A stretch of DNA of 63,752 bases, filler included, from Octopus bimaculoides (GCF_001194135.2; 9 parts of 9 records of this genome joined end to end with filler, not necessarily neighbours in it), one strand, 5' to 3'; shown: positions 41,566 through 54,238, counted from the first letter of the whole stretch. The notes: generated from the letters alone by a model not told the origin. A program made the numbers and translations.

Positions 41566-42703
41566 AATTTAAATAGAAATAAATAAAACTGAAAATTAAC
41601 TGAGATTACTATATATTTTAAAATCAAGTGCATTGTTGCGCTTAATATTAACCTTGTAAAATTCGAGTTGAAATCCTATTAAAATCAGCTTGGTTTTTCA
41701 TTATTTCAGGGACCCATAAAAATAATACCAGTAATTTATTCTGTTTATGAATACTTTATATTTAACTTTTAAGTTTGCACCTAAATCGAAATAAATAAAT
41801 AAATAAATAAATATTATCATTGCAAGTGCAGTTTGAAGAAAAACACATTTAGCAGACTATGCCTTTATGAATTTATTTCAGTCTTAACAAAATTAAAATT
41901 TTATTTTATATACAAAATGCCTAGTCAAAAGAAATTTCAAACGAAAAAATATGAATCTAAGGGCATTTTATTGAGATGTAATTGAAATAGGTAACACTCA
42001 ATCACTTTGAAAATCAAACAGATGTACCTAAACTTGCGCTCCCTCGTGTATTAAAAAAGTTAAAAATCTGCAAAATTTTCGACTATGAAAAATTAAATGA
42101 AAACTAATGAAAAAATTCGAAACAAACATAGATTCATATTTATCTAAGAAAATCATATTTTCGCATTAAAAACTATATTAAAGAAAATTAAATAGAGGGA
42201 AAAGAAAAATATATAGTAATTAGTATATGCAATAATAATAAAAAATATTAAAAATAGGAGAAAATAAACTGAAATAATTATATCAAAACATGTTCAACAA
42301 TGCTGCGGGACGTTTCTTTAAGGGCTGTGAGCAGGAAATGGTGAGAATTCTGCCATTAAATTTCAAGTGATACTCGGTTGTATTTTGAATTTTTAATGAA
42401 GAAAATTTCAATATTTCTGGAGTTTTCGAAAATCATTCCCACACTTTTGTATTTTCAAAATTACGAAAAAAGAGAAAAAAAGAAGTTTTTACAGAAATAA
42501 TTACAGTTTTGATGATTTAACGTATTTGGAATTTTAAAATTATCTTACACACCCATAAACGCCTATTTCTCCAGCACCTTGGCAATAGCCACAGCAAAGC
42601 TATGACACCCACAGTTAACAACAGCGAAGCACCACCTCTACATCAACATTGCCCACACTAGCACCGCCACCACCATTACCGGCACCAGCACCACCACCAG
42701 CAC

Positions 42704-42735
<32 letters not shown>

Positions 42736-42749
42736 CCACCACCACCACC

Positions 42750-42823
<74 letters not shown>

Positions 42824-43329
42824 AGAAATAATATAACATAACCGAAAACCCATAAAGTCCAAAATCGAAGTGTTAATATTGAGTATTATCATGCATTTTA
42901 GTTTTCACGAAATAAACTCTTTAGATTATGGCGAGAGTTTGGTATTTAGATATGTTTTGTTCAGATACCTAGCGACCCCGAATTTGTGTATTTTAGAAAG
43001 CTCTGAGGTTAATTACTCGTATATTAAACACACCGTAATTTATTCATTCATTAATTCAAGCAACCTATCGATAGCGTGTGGAATATTTCAGTATATATTA
43101 GCTCGTGAGTAAGTTCCGTAGACAGGAAATCAAAGTAGATTTAACTATTATTAATATCAGGACATGTTTGCCATCACAGATTGTATATGTTACTTGCAGG
43201 ATATTTCTGTAAAGGAAGTGAGATGCACCGAAGCTTGCTCCATTTTTATTTCACGAAGTTAAAATGTCAAGACACATTTGCAGTAATATTTTATCGAATG
43301 TTATACTTCACAATGAACTTAAAGTTAGC

Positions 43330-43559
43330 ATTGGGTTCTCCGGAAAGTTCGTGCCGATTTATAGTAGCTTACCTTTCGGCTTTTTTCCCATGAAACCACC
43401 TCAGTTCTGGGAAGAGGGTACTTTCAAGTTAAAGGAAAGATGTAGACGCATTGTGCAACAAAATGGTTCATATTTCGTTGATTAAAAAGTGTAATAGCAA
43501 GTATTTATTGACGTATTCTTTCCTTTAAAAATCGGCACGAACTTTCCGGACAACCCAAT
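43330..43559 (+). mobile_element. Internally deleted mariner (MITE) with 31-bp TIRs
   Basis: ATTGGGTTCTCCGGAAAGTTCGTGCCGATTT ... AAATCGGCACGAACTTTCCGGACAACCCAAT (1 mismatch). The interior keeps the mariner C-terminus FWEEGTFKLKERCRRIVQQNGSYFVD*. Confidence 0.88.
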
Positions 43560-43869
43560 ACAATAGAGTGACAAAGAAGTGCAAGTTGTACTGAACTAAA
43601 CCAGACATCTTTCAAAGATTAGGCTTCCACTCAGATGTTATGAAGCTTTTTCTCGGCTCTTGTTCGGCCTTCTACGAAATACAAGTGCATTCCATTAATA
43701 GGTTTATTTTCTCAAATCCGGAATGATGAAACTGCCGCACACTTAACAAAATTCATTATATACCCTTAACAAAAGGACAATCCTACTTAGGGTTAAGCAA
43801 TCACTCATGAATGTGCGCGACTATTAAATCACTGCCGTGTTGTATCTTCAATCTCTATCTTCTGCCGCG

Positions 43870-44106
43870 AAGGCGCGTGGCTTAGTGGTTAGGGCATTCG
43901 GCTCGCGATTGTAAGGTCGTGAGTTCGATTCCCGGTGACGCGTTGTGTCCTTGAGCAAGACATTTTATTTCACGTTGCTCCAGTCCATTCAACTGGCAAA
44001 AATGAGTTGTATCTCCCTGAGAACTACGTGTCTGTGGATTGCTCAGTCACTTGCACGTTAATTTTATGAGCAAGCTGATCCTTGTCGTCGTAACCGACGG
44101 AGTGCT
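43870..44106 (+). mobile_element. tRNA-derived SINE (family C) sharing its 3' tail with family D
   Basis: A box TGGCTTAGTGG, B box GAGTTCGATTCCC, core GTCCTTGAGCAAGAC. Tail ...GAGAACTACG..GCACGTTAATT..CGACGGAGTGC matches family D. Imperfect TSD TCTATCTTCT(G/A)CC at 43854 and 44111. Confidence 0.8.
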
Positions 44107-44639
44107 CCTTTCTATCTTCTACCATTTTCTAAAGATCTGTATTTCTCTATATTAATAAAATGCCTCCAATTTATATGGTTTCGAGGCGCACGGGGTATAC
44201 NNNNNNNNNNNNNNNNNNNNNNNNNNNNNNNNNNNNNNNNNNNNNNNNNNNNNNNNNNNNNNNNNNNNNNNNNNNNNNNNNNNNNNNNNNNNNNNNNNNN
44301 NNNNNNNNNNNNNNNNNNNNNNNNNNNNNNNNNNNNNNNNNNNNNNNNNNNNNNNNNNAATTGTGTTGATATGACATGGTATGTCATAAGTATCTGTATA
44401 TTGTGTTTTTTGTTAATTTAGTTATAAAATAAACAGATTAATCAACGGAATACAGTGTCTGCAAGTCGATGGGTACCGCATATTCTCCTTCATTTTCTTA
44501 TTGCTATATATATATATATATATATATATATGTTTGTGTGTCTGTGTTTGTCCCCTACCATCGCTTGACAACCGTCCCCGTAACTTAGCGGTTCGGCAAA
44601 AGTAAAAGTGTAATATATTCATTAAGAACAATAACATTG

Positions 44640-45628
44640 ATAGTGACGTCATCATCATTGAGATACTGGTTTCCAGCCAAGTGCTTTTTCATATTGGGGA
44701 ACAGACGATTGTCAGACGGGGCGAAACCAAGAAATTGTGTACTGAAGCATTGTCCTGACGAAACAAGACCCTTTTGTCAGTATTCCTGGGTATTCGGTCT
44801 TGATGGCCTTTCATAACTGCCTCAGCAAGTTGGCGTAGTACCCGCCATTGATAGTGTGGACCTTTTGAAGATAGCCAATAGCACAATGCTTTTTGTATCC
44901 CTCAAAACTGATGCAATCACTTTCCCTGCAGGTGAATCGATCTTCACTTTGTTCGGACCAGTTGAGGATAGGTGTTTCCCCTGCATGGATTGTCTCTTTG
45001 TCTCTGGCTTGAACCAGAGACAAAGAGACAACGCTCAAAAGAACCCAACATTTATCGTGGCTTAGGAAACTTCAAGGAAACCAGCTGAATCTGCCTGAAA
45101 CAATGTTAGATTTTCTTGTGATGTGATGAGCCTGGTGCCCTTTTGATCAGGTGTCAGAAGTGGCACCCACCGAGCAGAAACCTCCATCATGGGATGTTCA
45201 TTGTACAGAATTTTCTCAATTCTGTCACGGGATATGCTAATAACGTTGAGTATTTGATTTATAGTCGATCGCCTTCTATCTATCAGCACGTGGTGAACAC
45301 GATCTAGGTTTAGCTTGGTGGTGGCAACTGCGGAACCTTGGATCAACACTTGTACTGTTGATAAAACCGGAGGATCATCTCCTAATATAGTAACTATGTG
45401 AACATGAATGTCATTGAGAGCTAAAGCCGTTTTCTATAAGTACCCGATATTTTATTCATTTTCAACAGAAATCGCTACCTGTTACATTTGAAGTCTTTTT
45501 TGAACAGTCAGATCTGAGTTTACCTGGAAAGAAACAATACAGTTATTAATAAGAAGCGTTGAAATTAATGCATGCAAGATTTCACTGCTCTAGCATCAAT
45601 CCTATGAACTTTACAACCCACCCTCGTA
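44640..45628 (-). mobile_element. Mariner DNA transposon relic with 5' TIR and internal deletion
   Basis: Minus strand starts TACGAGGGTGGGTTGTAAAGTTCATAGG (mariner-type terminus). ORF pieces: IDRRRSTINQI..VSARWVPLLT, WFKPETKRQSMQ, GYLQKVHTINGGYYANLLRQL, LFRQDNASVH and PSDNRLFPNMKKHLAGNQY. Confidence 0.85.
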
Positions 45629-46156
45629 TTCACAGTTGTGACGTGTCACCAGGCGAAGCCCGTGTAGACTATTCTATGTTGCTATTGATGCATATAGGAA
45701 TGGTATACTTACATACCCCCACTGGAATTCGAATTATAGAATGGGTGAAAAGGCCACTCAAAACTTAAAACTCTTAAAACAGAAGAGTACATCACAAATC
45801 TGCAAATCACAGATCAAAACACTCGCGAGGCTAGTAATATATACGTGGGCCGATTTCTGTGATGAGATGCTACAATGTATCACTCTCTCGCCGCTCTGTA
45901 AAAAGGTATATATCAATGTATATTTATATATTGGAATCTGTATGAACGTTTGATAATTTCCAATTTCTCCTAAAAAAATTGTCGAAACCGGTTTGGTATT
46001 TGAGTCTGTTACAAAATTTAAAAACTACGTTTTAAAAATTGGGTGTACTTTCAACCCCCAAACCAACTCACCCCCTCTCTCTCTACATGATAGATCGCTG
46101 ACCACTACACACATTTTTTTCTCTCCTTGTTTCTCTCCTTGTTTCTTTCGGTGTTC

Positions 46157-46192
46157 CTTTCTGATGAAGAAGGTAGGCTCGAAGCGTTAAAG
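46157..46192 (+). ncRNA. Degenerate hammerhead motif
   Basis: CTTT-CTGATGA-AGAAGGTAGGCTC-GAAG-CGTT-AAAG; stem I CTTT/AAAG intact, GAAA mutated to GAAG, stem II damaged. Confidence 0.35.
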
Positions 46193-46517
46193 ACTTTCTC
46201 TATTCCCGAGTGTTATACTAATACATCCATTTGTTGTCTACACCACCTGTCTTGGTCTGCTGTTTTTTCGTGAATTCTCCCTANNNNNNNNNNNNNNNNN
46301 NNNNNNNNNNNNNNNNNNNNNNNNNNNNNNNNNNNNNNNNNNNNNNNNNNNNNNNNNNNNNNNNNNNNNNNNNNNNNNNNNNNNNNNNNNNNNNNNNNNN
46401 NNNNNNNNNNNNNNNNNNNNNNNNNNNNNNNNNNNNNNNNNNNNNNNNNNNNNNNNNNNNNNNNNNNNNNNNNNNNNNNNNNNNNNNNNNNNNNNNNNNN
46501 NNNNNNNNNNNNNNNNN

Positions 46518-46615
<98 letters not shown>

Positions 46616-46955
46616 TATATGCATACATATGTTGGACTACCAGGTCGTAAATGACAGATAGCGGTTCCGCAACGTTTTGTTGAACATCCTGTGCAAACGA
46701 TTTGTCTTATAGTGATCCAAATCTTTTTCATGTACCTCAATCACTCTCTCCATCAAATTGGCATTACCTGTACAGGTGAGCGGTGTTTCACACGTCAGGT
46801 GACGATGTGGTCGCGCAGAGCAGCGCGTATTGAAGTGTGTTGCTGAAGGACATGAGGCAGCGCCCGGACCTGAAATCGAAACCACGATATTACGATCGTG
46901 TGTGCAACACCTTAACCACAAGGCCACCCGACTCTACACACACACGGTCACATAC

Positions 46956-47011
<56 letters not shown>

Positions 47012-47148
47012 CATACATATATATCTATATATACACATATATATACATACATTTATATATATATATGATTATATATATATATGTATGTGTATATATATAT
47101 AAATGCTCATACACACACACACATACACACACACACACNNNNNNNNNN

Positions 47149-47217
<69 letters not shown>

Positions 47218-47321
47218 TTAGTCATACACATCACACATGTATAAGTTCGTGTGTAAGCGTATGCAGATGTCACTGCATACACACACACACAAACATGAAT
47301 GGATGTATGCATGTATGCATG

Positions 47322-47357
<36 letters not shown>

Positions 47358-49166
47358 TATATATAGATATATAGATATATATATATATAGATATGCAGGG
47401 CAGGGAATCGTCAATTAGTAATAAAATTAATAATTAACAATTTTGCCGGGTAGCTCAGTATGAAAAAAAGCTCAGTATGAAATCAGTAGTTCTTTGACTG
47501 CTATTTCTGAATTCTCAGTATGTTGGAGAAGCAGGTTACTGTCAATCCCTATATATTTATGATTATATATATATATATATATNNNNNNNNNNNNNNNNNN
47601 NNNNNNNNNNNNNNNNNNNNNNNNNNTTAATTAATTAANNNNNNNNNNNNNNNNNNNNNNNNNNNNNNNNNNNNNNNNNNNNCATGCATATATATATACA
47701 TACACACACATATATATAATATATACATACAAAACAGGCAGACAGACAGACGGATGAACTGACGATTGATGGATGGATAGATAGCTAGATGCATAGATAT
47801 ACATACATACATACATACATAATACATACATACATACATACATACATGCGTAAGTTAATAATCACAATGATTAGGTTGATAATGAGAATGATTGCAAAGT
47901 AATAGTAAATTAATATGACAACAACCACAGCAACAACATCAAAATCAATACACAACAACAACAACAACAATAGTTGCTGTAAAGAACTACAATAACATGG
48001 AGGAGAAAGAAAAAGAACTTTGCTGTTATAAATAACAATGATGATGAGGATGGTAGTGGTGGTGGTGGGGGATTATGTTGATGATGATGACGATGATGGT
48101 GATGATGAGGACAACGGCCACCACCACCACCACCACTACTACAATGATGATGATGATGGTGATGATGATGGTGATGATGATGTTGATGATGATGGTGATG
48201 ATGATGGTGATGATGATGATGATGATGATGACGATGATGATGATGATTATGGTCGTGGTGATGATGATGATGGTGGTGGTGGTGGTGATGATGATGATGG
48301 TGGTGGTGGTGGTGATGATTGTGGTGGTGGTGATAATAAAGTGTATGATGTGTGGATGAAGAGGAGAAGAATGATGAAAATGAAGANNNNNNNNNNNNNN
48401 NNNNNNNNNNNNNNNNNNNNNNNNNNNNNNNNNNNNNNNNNNNNNNNNNNNNNNNNNNNNNNNNNNNNNNNNNNNNNNNNNNNNNNNNNNNNNNNNNNNN
48501 NNNNNNNNNNNNNNNNNNNNNNNNNNNNNNNNNNNNNNNNNNNNNNNNNNNNNNNNNNNNNNNNNNNNNNNNNNNNNNNNNNNNNNNNNNNNNNNNNNNN
48601 NNNNNNNNNNNNNNNNNNNNNNNNNNNNNNNNNNNNNNNNNNNNNNNNNNNNNNNNNNNNNNNNNNNNNNNNNNNNNNNNNNNNNNNNNNNNNNNNNNNN
48701 NNNNNNNNNNNNNNNNNNNNNNNNNNNNNNNNNNNNNNNNNNNNNNNNNNNNNNNNNNNNNNNNNNNNNNNNNNNNNNNNNNNNNNNNNNNNNNNNNNNN
48801 NNNNNNNNNNNNNNNNNNNNNNNNNNNNNNNNNNNNNNNNNNNNNNNNNNNNNNNNNNNNNNNNNNNNNNNNNNNNNNNNNNNNNNNNNNNNNNNNNNNN
48901 NNNNNNNNNNNNNNNNNNNNNNNNNNNNNNNNNNNNNNNNNNNNNNNNNNNNNNNNNNNNNNNNNNNNNNNNNNNNNNNNNNNNNNNNNNNNNNNNNNNN
49001 NNNNNNNNNNNNNNNNNNNNNNNNNNNNNNNNNNNNNNNNNNNNNNNNNNNNNNNNNNNNNNNNNNNNNNNNNNNNNNNNNNNNNNNNNNNNNNNNNNNN
49101 NNNNNNNNNNNNNNNNNNNNNNNNNNNNNNNNNNNNNNNNNNAACAACAATAACAACAACATCAGC

Positions 49167-49210
<44 letters not shown>

Positions 49211-49215
<5 letters not shown>

Positions 49216-49370
49216 TCAAAATAACTTCTTTTTTTATTTATTTTTGAAGAAATTGTATGTTACGGGTTACGATATTTGTAATTTATTAGCAATATTATTA
49301 TTATTATTATTATTATGTTGTTGTTGATTTGAAGAAAGAAGAAGAAAAAAAACAACATAATAATAATAAT

Positions 49371-49404
<34 letters not shown>

Positions 49405-49488
49405 TTGCTAATAAATTACAAATATCGTAACCCGTAACATACAATTTCTTCAAAACTAAATAAAAAAAAAGAAGTTATTTTGATATTA
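49211..49488. repeat. Near-perfect long inverted repeat (hairpin)
   Basis: 49211-~49322 is the reverse complement of ~49353-49488; arms differ by one substitution and T-run/TAA-run lengths; spacer about 30 nt. Confidence 0.9.
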
Positions 49489-49859
49489 AATTCTTACATC
49501 CATACATATACAACATACATACATGCGTACATACATACATCCATGCATACATATATGTATATATTTTAGAGAGTTCGTCTGCAGGAACAGGTTTGTAAGA
49601 TATGAAGTTAAGTACTCAATACTTCCGGGAGTAGATTTATAAACACCCGCATATATATAGATACATATATACATATGAACATACATACACATATACATAC
49701 ACACTTATAAACACACATAAACACATACATATACACACCCATATATACATACACGCATACACACTTATACATACTTATACACACTTATACATACGTACGT
49801 ACATACAAACATATACACATTTATACGTACATACATACATACATACATGTGCATTTATG

Positions 49860-50019
49860 AAAAAAATAAAATAAACGGTGAAAGAAATAACATCGAAAAC
49901 AAAACCAGCAAAAACAAGCGCAAAAAATTCAGAAGCGAAAGAGAGAAAGAAAGAAAGAGAGAAAGAAAGAAGAAAGAAGATATTTTAACGGACGAAGGAG
50001 ACGACAGAGGCATGAGAAG
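49860..50019 (+). promoter_or_regulatory. Probable purine-rich 5' UTR/leader of the nAChR-like gene
   Basis: Non-SINE A/G-rich stretch directly upstream of ATG 50020; contains an upstream ATG at 50012. Transcription start not identifiable. Confidence 0.3.
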
Positions 50020-50232
50020 ATGAGGTACGTTTGGCTGGTGTTAAACTTTCTTCTGTGTACTTGTACCCTATTAAGTTGGGCCCCGGGATTAATAAGGGCC
50101 AGCGAGGGGTCGAAAGGAGCATATCACCATATTATGTGTGATAAAAACTACAACAAACTGATCAGACCAGCCGGACTTAACAACCGCCTCGTTGTACGAC
50201 TCGGGATCAGGATTTCACAAATTCTCAAAGTA
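50020..50232 (+). CDS. First coding exon of a nicotinic acetylcholine receptor-like (Cys-loop pentameric ligand-gated ion channel) subunit; partial gene
   Basis: Translates to MRYVWLVLNFLLCTCTLLSWAPGLIRA|SEGSKGAYHHIMCDKNYNKLIRPAGLNNRLVVRLGIRISQILKV: hydrophobic signal peptide, then YNKLIRP and V.LGI..SQIL.V, matching the nAChR N-terminus pattern (YNRLIRPV.N.SD.LTVK.GLRLSQLIDV). Followed by GTAAGT at 50233-50238, phase 0, at the conserved nAChR intron position just before the DEKNQ exon. Confidence 0.88.
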
Positions 50233-50411
50233 GTAAGTTGCATACGTTGATGTATTTCTTTCTTTTTTTTTTTTTATTTACTACCACCACCACCGCCGCC
50301 GCCACCACCACCACCACTACTACTACTACTACTACTGTTAGTGTTGTTGTTCTTCTTTTTGTTGTTATTTCCCTTGTTGTGGGTATTTTTTTTTTCATTG
50401 TTATTACTTAT

Positions 50412-50628
50412 AAGACGTCGAACTGGCAGAGGCGTTAACACGTCGGACAAACTGCTTAGCAGCATTTCGTCCGTTTTCACGCTCTGAGTTCAAATCCCGC
50501 TGTGGCCGACTTTGCCTTTCATCCTCTCAGGGTCGATGTAATAGCCACTAGTTGAGGAAAAGGGGCCCATGTAATCAACTAGCCCATCTTGTGCCCCAAA
50601 ATTTCAGGCCCAGTACTTATAGTAAAAA

Positions 50629-50693
<65 letters not shown>

Positions 50694-50916
50694 CAAAGTG
50701 GTAAGTGATCGCAATCGTTAGCACGCCGGTCAAAATGTTCAGCGACATTTTGTCCGAGTTTACAATCTGAGTTCAAACTCCGCCCAGGTGAACTTTCTTT
50801 TTCATTCTTTCGGGGTCGATAAAATAATTATCAGTCAATTACTGCGGGTCGATGTAATCGACTTACCCCTTCCCTCCAACCCCCGAAATTTCTGGCCTTG
50901 TGCCAAAATTTGAAAC
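50412..50916 (+). mobile_element. Two SINE family A copies separated by (ATT)n in nAChR intron 1
   Basis: About 50412-50625 and 50695-50916. Confidence 0.8.
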
Positions 50917-51239
50917 AATCATTACTTTCCCATGCTCTGGGAATGGCAGAGTAATCTGGGATTTTTGTGTGGGGGGGGGGGGTTACCCCCGGATTACTCT
51001 ACGCGGACTGCCCCGCTATTGGGGATTCTATTTATTTATTATTTCTTTCTCTACTTCCCATTATATAGCCTCTGTTATATCCTTTCATGTGGTAATATCT
51101 CCCCTTGATTGATGTTAACCCCACATGTGTTTGTTAGTGCTTCTTTTTTTTTTGTTGCAGTTGTTTTTGTGTGTGTGCTATAACTGGTCCTTCGATATTG
51201 TCCTCCATGTTTTAAGCCCTTCTGGCCAATAATAGAAAT

Positions 51240-51278
51240 TATCATCATTATTATCATTATTATTATTATTATTATTAT

Positions 51279-51331
<53 letters not shown>

Positions 51332-51341
51332 ATTTTATTAC

Positions 51342-51377
<36 letters not shown>

Positions 51378-51482
51378 AATTATTATTATTATTACTACTA
51401 CTACCACTATTTTTATTACTATTATTATTATTATTAATATAATTATTATAATTATCATTATTATTATTATTATTATTATTAT

Positions 51483-51544
<62 letters not shown>

Positions 51545-51553
51545 TTTTAATAC

Positions 51554-51604
<51 letters not shown>

Positions 51605-51950
51605 CATCATTATCATTATTATTATTATTCATATATCTGTTTTTCCATCAACATGTTTTGTATCAATTTATTTATTTATTTCCTAACTTCTGTTTTCATA
51701 TTCTTTTCATTTACCCTTATTGTTGTAACGTCCCCTTTCCATCACTTGCAAACAACACCCTCCCACCACCACCACCACCACCACCACCCACCCACCCCAT
51801 TGTGTATGCGTTCGTGTTTGATCCTTTGACAATATTCTTCATGTCTTGCACCCTTGTGGCCAATAAAAGAAATCATTAGAGTCGTTGCTGTCACTATGTC
51901 ATCTTTCTCCTTCTTTCCTCTTCCTTCTCTTCTTTTTTTTCTTCTTATTG

Positions 51951-51998
<48 letters not shown>

Positions 51999-52166
51999 GT
52001 CATCATCATCATCGTCATCATCATTATCATCATCATTGTCATCATCATTGTCATCATATTGTTCTCATCTACGCTTCTCTTCCCGTCTTCTTAACTTTTT
52101 CTTTTGGTCGTTACTTAGTACTATTATTATTATTATTATTATTATTATTGAGTGAGAGAGCAGTGC

Positions 52167-52205
<39 letters not shown>

Positions 52206-52234
52206 CATTATTATCATCATCATCATCATCATCA

Positions 52235-52307
<73 letters not shown>

Positions 52308-52308
52308 C

Positions 52309-52358
<50 letters not shown>

Positions 52359-52480
52359 CAGTACAAGCTGTTGCTTTCTCTTTTAACTTATTTCTATAGC
52401 TGCTGCTGCCGCTGCCGCTGCTGCTACTCCAGCTGCTGTTGCTACTTCCTCTGTCTTTCTCATAATTATTGTTGCTCTTC
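51240..52480. repeat. Compound trinucleotide microsatellite field (ATT/ACT/CAT/AGT)
   Basis: Direct reading. Similar fields at 14560-15330, 18820-18900, 32640-33000, 42650-42830 and 48040-48390; dinucleotide and tetranucleotide (TA, CA, TACA, TCTA) tracts occur throughout. Confidence 0.95.
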
Positions 52481-52814
52481 TTGTTGTTGTTTAACCCTAA
52501 GACAACACCCAGAACGAGCACACATGGCGCAGATCTGATCGAAGTCGTGCCAACCGTGGATTATTTTAAGTGTATCTAGGAATAAACTAAACAATTGTGC
52601 TCTTATAATTTATTTTAGGCAGTGAGAAGTAAAATTAAATGAGATTTGGCTGCTATTTCAAGCATGTCAAGCGACCATACAGAGACTTCATAACTGTCCC
52701 GTTATAATTGTTTCTGGTGTTCTTTAATTGTCGGTGGAGGTCACGGTGAGAGAGGATCATAAGTTTGAATTTTGCGTGTTTGAATGTTTTCGTTATGGCT
52801 GACATTGTTTACAG

Positions 52815-52869
<55 letters not shown>

Positions 52870-53311
52870 CTTCTCTAAAGTCGGCCCCAAACCCACCAGA
52901 GCTATGCTCAAAGGGGCTCCGGCCATAGCCACCCCGTCAAGTATTTTCTTAGGGTACACTGAAAGTCAGACGAATATTATACAAATTCTAACATGTGGAA
53001 TGACCACGTGCAGGGTCATATACACACGTACATACATACATACATACATACATACACACATACATACATACATACATGCATGCATGCATGCATACATACA
53101 TAATGCATACATACATACATACATACATACATACATACATACATACAGGCATTGACAGGAAGATACACATGTACAAATATATGCATATATATACATATAT
53201 ATTTATGTATANNNNNNNNNNNNNNNNNNNNNNNNNNNNNNNNNNNNNNNNNNNNTTAATTAATTAANNNNNNNNNNNNNNNNNNNNNNNNNNNNNNNNN
53301 NNNNNNNNNNN

Positions 53312-53351
<40 letters not shown>

Positions 53352-53354
<3 letters not shown>

Positions 53355-53514
53355 GAAAAAATTGCACTACTGGGCACTACACACATCCTACGAAAAACAC
53401 TTTCAATACAGTAACCATAAGAGCATCACAGCAAACCACAGCACATACCCAAGACACACAGAGCTGCGCTCGGTAGTGAAGTGAAAGCACGTTATAAAAA
53501 TAAAATTACTGAAC

Positions 53515-53515
<1 letters not shown>
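53352..53515 (+). mobile_element. R4/Dong-clade LINE 3' terminus flanked by (TAA)n
   Basis: Encodes EKIALLGTTHILRKTLSIQ*, the typical C-terminus of RLE-type ORFs; short 3' UTR, then an (AAT)n run. Confidence 0.75.
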
Positions 53516-53573
<58 letters not shown>

Positions 53574-53624
53574 ATATTTTTATTATAATAATAATAAAAA
53601 TAATAATAATAATAACAACAACAA

Positions 53625-54100
53625 TATGCACCTGAAAAGGTAATGAACAACAATAGGAAGTCAAAGATCCTCTGGTCCTTTGAGTTTCACACAGACAACT
53701 TGTTACAGCATCGAAGGCCGGATATAATATTCTTTAGGAGCGACAAACAAAAGGGACAAACAAACGACATGGCAGTGACAGAGGATCAACGTATCACCAT
53801 GAAAGAAACAGAAAAGAATTGATAAATATGGAGATCTGAGAATATGTGACAGATACAAGATTCAAACATAAAGTTTGTCCCTGTTGTCATCGGAGCATTG
53901 GGTTCAATACCACCTCACCTGAAAAAAACATCTGAAATCTCTAGAAATGCCCAACAACCAACGCGTATTGCAAAATCCAGCGTTCCTTGGAATTGCATGC
54001 ATATTGCGTAACGTACTATGTCTGAGGTTTTTGTTGTGACTGGACAGAGAGCACAAACCCCCGGTACACACAACTTCTTCAATCAACATCATCACATCAC
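53625..54100 (+). mobile_element. R4/Dong-clade LINE restriction-like endonuclease domain and 3' end
   Basis: KILWSFEFHTDNLLQHRRPDIIF...DMAVTED...KE.EK...FVPVVIGALGSIPPHL...LQNPAFLGIACILRNVL (PD-(D/E)xK RLE signature); frameshifted. Confidence 0.8.
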
Positions 54101-54172
54101 AGTGTTGGATGCTCTGCGTCGACTTAAATAACAATAATCACAGCAGCTGCAGCAGCAGCGACCGTAGTAGTG

Positions 54173-54237
<65 letters not shown>

Positions 54238-54238
<1 letters not shown>

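Noticed and set aside
43870-43945. Apparent tRNA gene (similar heads at about 1085, 3240-3312 and 12600-12678)
   Set aside because: A and B boxes run directly into SINE bodies; no complete cloverleaf or acceptor stem.
48026-49224. Long ORFs of poly-Asp/Gly, poly-Ile, poly-Val, YIYI or HTHT type, and all ORFs spanning N runs
   Set aside because: Translations of microsatellites or gaps; no coding signal.
50020-50232. Assigning a specific gene symbol or calling it a chemotactile receptor
   Set aside because: 71 residues without the ligand-binding loops or transmembrane region cannot define the subunit class.
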